From the NCBI GenBank assembly GCA_964465375.1, contig CAYXIJ010000001.1, forward strand, positions 60,060 through 124,059: a DNA stretch of 64,000 nt, written 5' to 3'. The translations under genes were made by a program, and so were the position numbers. The notes beneath the pieces are model-generated. The model searched no databases. It saw nothing but the letters and a program-made list of their open reading frames with translations, and was not told where the DNA came from. This document shows, in pieces, positions 57,134 to 64,000 of the stretch. How positions within the stretch are numbered: the first letter of the stretch is position 1; the number at the start of each line of letters is the position of its first letter. This DNA is from an uncultured Gammaproteobacteria bacterium (lineage in GTDB: Bacteria > Pseudomonadota > Gammaproteobacteria > Steroidobacterales > Rariloculaceae).

Positions 57134-58035
57134 AATGAATCAAAGCCAAATCGCTTGAGTTCACGTTCGCTATCAGCCCATCGACGCCTGACCTTGACCC
57201 AAAGCTCCAGATGGATACGTTTCTTCATCAGCAATTTCAGTTCTCGTCTTGAAGATTTGCCCACTTCTTTAAGTACTTGCCCCTGCTTGCCAATAACGAT
57301 CGCTTTTTGACTATCTCTCTCTAACCAGATCAGCGCATGCACAACAACTTGACCTTTCTCGTTTTCTTTCATGTGCTCGACTTCTACCGTTAGGCCATAA
57401 GGTACCTCTTGATGGAGTATTTCTGTAAGTTTTTCACGAACAATCTCAGCTGCTCGAAACTGGATATCACGATCGGTATAGACACCTTGAGGATAAATTT
57501 TCTCACCCTGCGGTAATCCCCCAAAGATTTCATCAACAAGATCGTCCAGATTCTCACCAGTTAAAGCTGATAAGGGAACAAGAGCTTTAAATGGAAATTC
57601 TTTAGATAGACTCTCAAGAAATGGAAGGAGTTTAGCTTTATCCCTGAAGGTATCTATCTTATTCACCACTAGCAATGTACGCGCCAGTCGGTGACCTAGC
57701 ATTTCTGTAAGCCTCCTATCTTCCTGGGTAAATCGATTTCTAGCTACAACCATTAACGCTAAATCCGAACTATCTAATGCATCACGGATTGCGCGACCCA
57801 TAAAACGATGCAGTAGACGTTTTCGATCACGCTGAATTCCAGGAGTATCTACAAAAACCGCCTGATCCGAATCCCGATTCAATACACCAAGAATACCGTG
57901 GCGGGTCGTTTGGGGCTTTGAGCTTACTATGCTGATCTTCTGCCCAACCAACGCATTTAGAAGTGTCGATTTACCTACATTGGGCCTGCCAACGATAGCT
58001 ACGCGGCCACAATGGCTATTGTTTTTCTGAATCAT
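57130..58035 (-). CDS. era: GTPase Era
   Basis: G1 motif GRPNVGKSTLLN, DTPG, NKID and a C-terminal KH domain. The start is trimmed to MIQKNNSHCGRVAIVG and overlaps the end of rnc. Confidence 0.93.
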   Translation of the reverse strand: MIQKNNSHCGRVAIVGRPNVGKSTLLNALVGQKISIVSSKPQTTRHGILGVLNRDSDQAVFVDTPGIQRDRKRLLHRFMGRAIRDALDSSDLALMVVARNRFTQEDRRLTEMLGHRLARTLLVVNKIDTFRDKAKLLPFLESLSKEFPFKALVPLSALTGENLDDLVDEIFGGLPQGEKIYPQGVYTDRDIQFRAAEIVREKLTEILHQEVPYGLTVEVEHMKENEKGQVVVHALIWLERDSQKAIVIGKQGQVLKEVGKSSRRELKLLMKKRIHLELWVKVRRRWADSERELKRFGFDSL

Positions 58036-58708
58036 TAGAAAGCTTGAGAAACATTTTAGCCGCAGCATTTTGCTCTGCACTTCGACGGCTTTTCCCCACA
58101 CCGACACTCTCAATCTCCTTTTCTGGTACGAAGCAAGAGATAGTGAAACTTTGTTGATGTGAAGGACCCGATGCTGATTTAACTGAGTAGTCCGGTAATG
58201 GTAAACCGCGATGCTGAAGCCATTCCTGCAGCCTAGTTTTGGAGTCCTTTAGGCTTTCTGGATCAGGGAGTCGCTGTATACGTTCAGTAAAAAGGTGGAA
58301 TACAGAAAGATTGACTGCCTCCACACCCCCATCAAGAAGCACAGCTCCAATCACAGCCTCTAGGGTATTCGCTAGTATTGAATCTCTTTGGTTTCCGCCG
58401 TCACGAAGCTCTCCCTCACCTAAAATTATATGTTTTTCTAGCTCTAATTCTCGACCAATTTCTGATAGTGTCTCACCCTTAACTAGGGCCGCACGAAATC
58501 TACTGAGATCCCCTTCGCTACAGTTGGGGTGCATCTCGTACAGACGCTTTGCAATGGAATAGTTCAAGAATGCGTCGCCTAGAAACTCAAGGCGCTCATT
58601 GTTCTCTTTCGAGGCACTACGATGAGTCAGCGCCCTCAGCAGTAAATCTGGATTACCAAAAATATAACCGAAGTGCTGTTCGGCCCATCGGGCTCGACTA
58701 TCAACCAC
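58016..58708 (-). CDS. rnc: ribonuclease III
   Basis: 230 aa with the signature NERLEFLGDAFLN and a C-terminal dsRBD. Confidence 0.95.
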   Translation of the reverse strand: MVDSRARWAEQHFGYIFGNPDLLLRALTHRSASKENNERLEFLGDAFLNYSIAKRLYEMHPNCSEGDLSRFRAALVKGETLSEIGRELELEKHIILGEGELRDGGNQRDSILANTLEAVIGAVLLDGGVEAVNLSVFHLFTERIQRLPDPESLKDSKTRLQEWLQHRGLPLPDYSVKSASGPSHQQSFTISCFVPEKEIESVGVGKSRRSAEQNAAAKMFLKLSNDSEKQ

Positions 58709-58783
58709 AGAATCTCTTCCTATCTATCTAGGGTAATCTAAAGCCAAGTGCTATAAAGCTCAGGCGGTTCCACCACTCGATCA

Positions 58784-59548
58784 TTAATGGATCCCTTTTC
58801 CAATACGGCCCCACACTGGGCCCCCTTGCCAGCTCATCCAAATTCTTACTGCTTTCCCCACCAACCGGTTCTCAGGAATAAAACTAACTCCTGGAAACCG
58901 GCTATCTCGGCTGTTGTCTCGATTATCACCCATCATAAAATAATGCCCTTCTGGAACTACATAAGTTCCGCCAGGGCTCAGCCTGGCTAAGTTGTGCAAC
59001 ATTAGATGCTCCGCCTCACCCAGGTCTTCGTGAACTAGATAAATCGATCCATCCCGTCGGTAAGGCTCAATAACCTCCAGTACGATATCACTTCCGTTTA
59101 TATTCAATTGCTTATCCCTGGAATCATAAACCACTGTGTCGCCTGGCAAACCAATGACTCGCTTAATGTAGTTTGTGCTTGGGTCTGAGGGAAGCTTAAA
59201 AACTAGCACATCGCCCCGCTCAGGCCTCCCAATTTCTAGAATCTTGGTATTTACCACCGGAAGTCGCAAACCGTATGCAAACTTATTTACAAAAATAAAG
59301 TCACCTGCTAATAAGGTTGGCATCATGGATCCAGAGGGAATCCGAAAGGGTTCAAATAAAAAAGATCTAAGAACAAGAACCAATAATAAAATCGGAAAAA
59401 AAGACTTCGCGTATTCGACCAAAATGGGATCTCGTGCATCACCTTTTTCAACACCTTCCAAGCGATTTCGTTTAAAAAATAGGCTGTCAATGGCCCAGAT
59501 AAAGCCAGCAAAAAAAGTAACTACGACCAATATCAACGCGAAATCCAA
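58784..59548 (-). CDS. lepB: signal peptidase I
   Basis: 254 aa. The start codon is TTG, with AAAGGAG 5 nt upstream. Catalytic Ser box SGSMMPTL, Lys box YIKRVIGLPGD, and GDNRDNSRDSR. Confidence 0.93.
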   Translation of the reverse strand: MDFALILVVVTFFAGFIWAIDSLFFKRNRLEGVEKGDARDPILVEYAKSFFPILLLVLVLRSFLFEPFRIPSGSMMPTLLAGDFIFVNKFAYGLRLPVVNTKILEIGRPERGDVLVFKLPSDPSTNYIKRVIGLPGDTVVYDSRDKQLNINGSDIVLEVIEPYRRDGSIYLVHEDLGEAEHLMLHNLARLSPGGTYVVPEGHYFMMGDNRDNSRDSRFPGVSFIPENRLVGKAVRIWMSWQGGPVWGRIGKGIH

Positions 59549-59646
59549 ATCGACTCCTTTATAACTTAGCGTGTGCGTCTCTAGGTAACGGGTATTATAA
59601 CTAGCTCAAAAAAATAATGATGTTACCTAGAATACGCTGTAGCATA

Positions 59647-59892
59647 TTAACTATCAGTATGCGAAAGAACGAGATTAACTGCTAACTTTGTCTCATGATT
59701 TTTTGGCTCATCCCTCCTGAGAAGGTAAGCACAAAGATCTGGATCCGGAAGCTCCAAAAGCAACTCAAAGCGCGCCTGATCATCAACACTTAACGATGAA
59801 AAACTTGAGCTAAGAAAGCTCTGTAAGACCAGATCCAGCTCAAGCATGCCCCTGCGGCACCGCCAACGCAACCTAGAAGTGTCATCTTTCAC
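59647..59892 (-). CDS. sdhE: FAD assembly factor SdhE (SDHAF2/YgfY family)
   Basis: 81 aa: [17 protein letters not shown] (RGxxE motif). Its start overlaps the sdhB stop by 4 nt. Confidence 0.88.
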   Translation of the reverse strand: MKDDTSRLRWRCRRGMLELDLVLQSFLSSSFSSLSVDDQARFELLLELPDPDLCAYLLRRDEPKNHETKLAVNLVLSHTDS

Positions 59893-60686
59893 TTAGGGCT
59901 CGATGATGACGGGCGTTCAGCTAAAAGTTTCTTTATCTCTGCTATTGCTTTACCTGGATTTAACTCCTTTGGGCAAGTCTGGGTACAGTTCAGGATTGTA
60001 TGACAGCGATATAAGCTAAAAGGATCCCTAAGCGCATCGAGGCGTTGGTCCGTCGATTCATCACGCGAGTCAACAATCCATCGATATGCTTGCAGCAAAA
60101 CAGCAGGGCCAAGGTAGCGATCCTCATTCCACCAATAACTTGGGCATGCTGCGGAGCAGCAACCGCATAAAATACAAGCGGAGGGTTGGTCAATTAATTC
60201 TTGGTCTTCCTTTGATTGTAGCCGCTCCCTTTTTGGGGGCGCCGGCGCTTGAGTCTCAAGCCACGGCTTAATCGAGGCATACTGTGCATAAAAATTTGTC
60301 ATATCTGGTACAAGATCCTTCACTACTGACATATGCGGTAAAGGATAAACCTTTACGTCTCCTCTAATTTCATCAATAGATTTAGTGCAAGCGAGTGTAT
60401 TAGTGCCATCAATATTCATAGCACAGGAGCCGCAAATACCCTCGCGGCAAGACCGGCGGAATGCAAGCGTAGCGTCAATCTCATTTTTAATTTTAATCAA
60501 AGCATCTAAAACCATAGGTCCACAGGTGCTCAAATCTACTTGGTAGCTATCAATACGTGGATTCTTTCCTGAATCTGGATCATACCGATACACCAAAAAC
60601 GACTTAGTAACTCCAACGTCCTTGGGTGCCGGATGACAAATCCCCTGCTTAATTCTTGAGTCGGCTGGAAGGCGGAATTGCGCCAT
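59889..60686 (-). CDS. sdhB: succinate dehydrogenase iron-sulfur subunit
   Basis: 265 aa with three Cys clusters ([11 protein letters not shown]; [11 protein letters not shown]; [12 protein letters not shown]). Confidence 0.96.
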   Translation of the reverse strand: MAQFRLPADSRIKQGICHPAPKDVGVTKSFLVYRYDPDSGKNPRIDSYQVDLSTCGPMVLDALIKIKNEIDATLAFRRSCREGICGSCAMNIDGTNTLACTKSIDEIRGDVKVYPLPHMSVVKDLVPDMTNFYAQYASIKPWLETQAPAPPKRERLQSKEDQELIDQPSACILCGCCSAACPSYWWNEDRYLGPAVLLQAYRWIVDSRDESTDQRLDALRDPFSLYRCHTILNCTQTCPKELNPGKAIAEIKKLLAERPSSSSPK

Positions 60687-60705
60687 TAATCAGTTCCCCC
60701 TAGTT

Positions 60706-62493
60706 TTAATAAGTCCTTGCTTTTGGCGGAATGGATTCTATTTCGTCAGTTAATGTATCCATTGTGACCGATCGATAATCAAAACGAACCATGCCTTTGT
60801 CATCCACCCAAGCAAGCGTATGTCTAAACCAATGATCATCATCACGCTCGGGAAAATCCTCTCGTGCCTGAGCACCTCGACTTTCGGTACGGTGAGCCGC
60901 GGACTTAATTGTACCCATTGCCTGCAGAAGCAAATTTTCTAACTCGATGGTTTCAACAAGATCTGTATTCCAAACCAAAGATCGATCAGCAACAGACACC
61001 TCCTGAAAAGAATCAAATACTTGTTCCAATTTTTCAATCCCTTCTTGCAGGTATTCACCTGTCCTAAACACAGCGGCATGAGCCTGCATTACGCGTTGCA
61101 TATCTAGTCGAATTTGAGCTGTAGGTAAGCTACCTTTGGTGTTGCGCAACCGGTCAACCCGCTCTACTGCTTCCTTGCCGGCGTCTTTCCCCAACAGAGG
61201 CAATTTTATATCTGACTTTAGGAGCATGCCACAACGTTGTGCTGCGGCCCGCCCAAAAACCACAAGATCAATGAGCGAGTTAGAGCCAAGTCGATTGGCA
61301 CCATGAACGGAAACGCAACCTGCCTCCCCTACTGCCATAAGCCCAGGCACAACATATTCGTTTCCCTGAGCATTCAGGGAAACGACTTCGCCATGGTAAT
61401 TGGTTGGCACACCTCCCATGTTGTAATGCACAGTAGGCAACACTGGAATAGGGCTCTTGGCAATATCAACACCAGCAAAAATTTTAGCTGTCTCCGCAAT
61501 TCCCGGAAGTCGCTCCTCAATCACGTCGGTACCTAGATGCTCTAAGTGCAAATACACATGGTCCCCATCTGGGCCCACGCCCCTTCCCTCGCGAATCTCT
61601 ATGGTAATAGATCGACTTACTACATCTCTAGATGCGAGATCTTTGGCATTAGGTGCATAGCGCTCCATAAAACGTTCGCCACCTACATTTGTTAGGTAAC
61701 CACCTTCGCCCCTTGCGCCCTCGGTAATGAGCATACCTGCGCCATAAATACCTGTTGGATGGAATTGCACAAATTCAAGGTCTTCCAGTGGCAAGCCAGC
61801 TCTAAGCGCCATAGCATTTCCATCGCCAGTACATGTATGTGCAGAGGTGCAGGAAAAGTAAGCGCGCCCATATCCACCCGTCGCTAAAATTACTGTTTGG
61901 CAGCGAAAACGATGTAGACTACCTTCTGCCAAATTCAATGCTACTACACCCCGGCACACGCCTTCTTCCATAATAAGATCAATAGCAAAATATTCGATAA
62001 AGAATTCTGCCTTATGCTTTAATGATTGTTGGTATAAGGCGTGTAGCATCGCATGACCAGTCCGATCGGCCGCCGCACAAGTACGCTGTGCGATTCCTTC
62101 ACCGTAGTGCGTAGTCATGCCACCAAACGGTCTCTGGTAAATGCGGCCATCGTCGGTGCGGGAAAATGGAACACCGTAATGCTCTAATTCAAGTACTGCT
62201 GCAGGTGCCTCTTTGCACATGTATTCGATGGCATCTTGGTCGCCTAACCAGTCCGATCCTTTAACTGTGTCATACATGTGCCAGCGCCAATCATCTGTCC
62301 CCATGTTTCCTAGGGCTGCACTTATGCCACCTTGAGCGGCCACTGTGTGGCTACGCGTAGGAAATACTTTTGTTACACAGGCTGTTGAAAGTCCCTGCTC
62401 TACTAAGCCCAGTGTCGCTCTCAAGCCGGCTCCTCCGGCCCCTATGACTACCACATCATAAGTGTGATCAATGAATTCATAAGCATTGGTCAT
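60706..62493 (-). CDS. sdhA: succinate dehydrogenase flavoprotein subunit
   Basis: 595 aa: [13 protein letters not shown], the covalent-FAD His context [11 protein letters not shown], and HGANRLG. Confidence 0.97.
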   Translation of the reverse strand: MTNAYEFIDHTYDVVVIGAGGAGLRATLGLVEQGLSTACVTKVFPTRSHTVAAQGGISAALGNMGTDDWRWHMYDTVKGSDWLGDQDAIEYMCKEAPAAVLELEHYGVPFSRTDDGRIYQRPFGGMTTHYGEGIAQRTCAAADRTGHAMLHALYQQSLKHKAEFFIEYFAIDLIMEEGVCRGVVALNLAEGSLHRFRCQTVILATGGYGRAYFSCTSAHTCTGDGNAMALRAGLPLEDLEFVQFHPTGIYGAGMLITEGARGEGGYLTNVGGERFMERYAPNAKDLASRDVVSRSITIEIREGRGVGPDGDHVYLHLEHLGTDVIEERLPGIAETAKIFAGVDIAKSPIPVLPTVHYNMGGVPTNYHGEVVSLNAQGNEYVVPGLMAVGEAGCVSVHGANRLGSNSLIDLVVFGRAAAQRCGMLLKSDIKLPLLGKDAGKEAVERVDRLRNTKGSLPTAQIRLDMQRVMQAHAAVFRTGEYLQEGIEKLEQVFDSFQEVSVADRSLVWNTDLVETIELENLLLQAMGTIKSAAHRTESRGAQAREDFPERDDDHWFRHTLAWVDDKGMVRFDYRSVTMDTLTDEIESIPPKARTY

Positions 62494-62876
62494 AGGGGCA
62501 CCGAAAAGGCCACCTTAGCAATTGAGTACATCCCCATTGCAACTAACCCTACATGTAAAAAATTTGAAAAAACCAAACTAGCTTTTTTCAGAGAAGTTAT
62601 ATGCATGTAATCTTCGATAATGACTTTCAAGCCGAGTTGAGAGTGATAACCAATCATAATCACCACAAAGATCAGCAATATGTTATTGATGGGCAACCGA
62701 GCCCAACTCGTCACTGTCAAATAATCAAAGTTATCCAATCTGGCAAAAGAAAAGATCAACCAAAAACCCAAAGGAATAAGCGCAATGGCAGTTAAACGCT
62801 GAGCCCACCAGTGCCCAACTCCTCCTTTTCCGGAAATCAGCTCTAAAACCCGATTAAGCGCTGTCCCAACGCTCAT
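62490..62876 (-). CDS. sdhD: succinate dehydrogenase membrane anchor subunit
   Basis: 128 aa with 3 TM segments, positioned between sdhC and sdhA. Overlaps sdhA by 4 nt. Confidence 0.85.
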   Translation of the reverse strand: MSVGTALNRVLELISGKGGVGHWWAQRLTAIALIPLGFWLIFSFARLDNFDYLTVTSWARLPINNILLIFVVIMIGYHSQLGLKVIIEDYMHITSLKKASLVFSNFLHVGLVAMGMYSIAKVAFSVPL

Positions 62877-62890
62877 AACCTACGCTCCCT

Positions 62891-63271
62891 CTAAAAAATT
62901 ACTAATATCCCGTATCCCATTGTTGCAATGAGTGTTACAACAATAACCGCCCAACCTGAAGCATGATATTGCTGAATCTCTAAGCCTCTTCCGGCATCCC
63001 AAGCTAAATGCCGAATACCGTTACACAGGTGGAAAAAGAAACAAAATGTCCATCCCACGAGTGGTAACTTGAACCAATCACTTCCTAAAAATGCTCGGGC
63101 CTGCTCATAACGATCTAAACCCCCAGCGATAGCCAAGAGCCAGTACACCAAAATCAATAGCCCGAGTGATAGCATCACTCCCGTCCCACGATGAACCGTC
63201 GACAAAATCATCGTAATCTGCCATCGATAGACCTGCAGATGCGGGGACAAAGGCCGCTGGGCCTTAGTCAT
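62891..63271 (-). CDS. sdhC: succinate dehydrogenase cytochrome b556 subunit
   Basis: 126 aa: RPLSPHLQVYRWQITMILSTVHRGTG. Confidence 0.9.
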   Translation of the reverse strand: MTKAQRPLSPHLQVYRWQITMILSTVHRGTGVMLSLGLLILVYWLLAIAGGLDRYEQARAFLGSDWFKLPLVGWTFCFFFHLCNGIRHLAWDAGRGLEIQQYHASGWAVIVVTLIATMGYGILVIF

Positions 63272-63317
63272 TCATTTTTCCTTTCATTGATTGTCAGGTG
63301 GCCTGAGGTTGACAGAA

Positions 63318-63536
63318 TTAAAAATCAATGCACCGACCGCCCCTCTCCCAATCACCAAAACGAGTCGGCTCTGGGCCCTTCGGGCCGCCAATCTCATGAA
63401 CACAACCCTTCCTGCTAACTTGATTTCGATCGCAGGTTTGTACTTTTTCAGCTGGAAGAGCACTTTCCGGAGGAGAAGGCGTCTCTAAAACAACTCCTCC
63501 CTCACACAAAGACTCCGGTTCTTTCTGCTCAGGCAC
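63318..63536 (-). CDS. DUF1674 domain protein (SDHAF4-like)
   Basis: 72 aa. The C-terminus EIGGPKGPEPTRFGDWERGGRCIDF matches the DUF1674/SDHAF4 signature as I recall it. It lies 46 nt upstream of sdhC on the same strand. Confidence 0.7.
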   Translation of the reverse strand: MPEQKEPESLCEGGVVLETPSPPESALPAEKVQTCDRNQVSRKGCVHEIGGPKGPEPTRFGDWERGGRCIDF

Positions 63537-63642
63537 AGGCTTATTTTGCCAGAAATAGCCTGCCCACGCACCTTAACGTTGACATCAGCACACTCTCAAA
63601 GAAGACTGTGGGATTGCACAAACTATATGTATCCGGACTGTC

Positions 63643-64000
63643 ATGAAAAATGTCAAAGAAACGCCTTATTTGTGCGCCCTATCAGAGACAGGCCTAATCC
63701 ACGTAGCTGGGAAAGACGCGGAGCGTTTCCTGCATAACCAGCTGAGCTATAAAATTGAGGGGCTACAAGCTATGGAAGCCCCGCTCGCAGCCTGGCACGA
63801 CTCAAAGGGCAGGGTACGAGCACTTTTAAGAGTACTAGTACTACACGACGGCTGGCTACTACTTGTTCATAAATCACAAACAGAAACGCTAATCACTCAG
63901 ATGGGTGGGTTTATTCTGAGGGGAGATGTAGTTTTGCAGAATGTTACTGGTGAGTGGTATGCAGCAGCCCTAGTCGCCAAAACCTCTAATGCGCTGGAAA
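63643..64000 (+). CDS. ygfZ: folate-binding protein YgfZ (GcvT-like), N-terminal part; gene runs off the right edge
   Basis: Absent from the ORF track because no stop lies in the window. My translation from ATG 63643 gives MKNVKETPYLCALSETGLIHVAGKDAERFLHNQLSYKIEGL...WHDSKGRVRALLRVL.., which is YgfZ/CAF17-like (G.DA..FL..Q.T). Confidence 0.7.
   Translation, partial: MKNVKETPYLCALSETGLIHVAGKDAERFLHNQLSYKIEGLQAMEAPLAAWHDSKGRVRALLRVLVLHDGWLLLVHKSQTETLITQMGGFILRGDVVLQNVTGEWYAAALVAKTSNALE

Noticed and set aside
59575-59635. A 9-bp inverted repeat, CTAGGTAAC ... GTTACCTAG, with a spacer of about 33 nt, between sdhE and lepB.
   Set aside because: It could be an operator or a weak terminator, but the loop is long and A/T-rich and there is no T-run in the sense direction. 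The evidence is insufficient.

Overview
The window is a densely coding chromosomal segment of a Gram-negative, gammaproteobacterial-type genome. GC is roughly 48-50% by spot counts of individual lines, not a computed value. I can support about 67 protein genes and one tRNA-Ser(UGA). I saw no rRNA, CRISPR array, transposase, integrase or phage genes. Most of the window is core housekeeping DNA in a Pseudomonas/Cellvibrio-like gene order (recalled from memory). The blocks are serS-vanZ-lolA-ftsK; DUF482-aat-infA facing clpS-clpA; a partial type II secretion cluster gspCDEF; lexA with two SOS boxes; an OprI/Lpp-like lipoprotein facing an L,D-transpeptidase; yceD-rpmF-plsX-fabH; maf; rluC diverging from rne; ptp ... 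kdsB-msbA-exbD-exbB; lolC-lolE-lolD; sfsA; mfd-csiV-like; ldt-nagZ; rlmD; a PolB-like exonuclease; lepB-rnc-era-recO-pdxJ-acpS; DUF1674-sdhCDAB-sdhE; and ygfZ. Three parts look accessory. (i) Everything left of the tRNA-Ser (1..7777): a repeat-encoded lipoprotein plus an unknown secreted protein, an esterase, a 2H phosphoesterase, a methyltransferase, and a MetE-like / orphan DctP-like / unknown secreted protein operon. (ii) A three-gene cluster right after gspF (24432..26747). (iii) A nitrilase-aldoxime dehydratase pair (36832..38851) lying between kdsB and ptp. The best candidate for something undescribed is a paralogous family of secreted proteins built from two uncharacterised domains. It occurs three times in the window, twice fused and once split into two adjacent genes. 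Every copy of the N-domain is predicted to mature to an N-terminal His-His. All calls rest on reading the supplied translations and DNA. No database search or computation was run, and start codons refined inside track ORFs are inferences.
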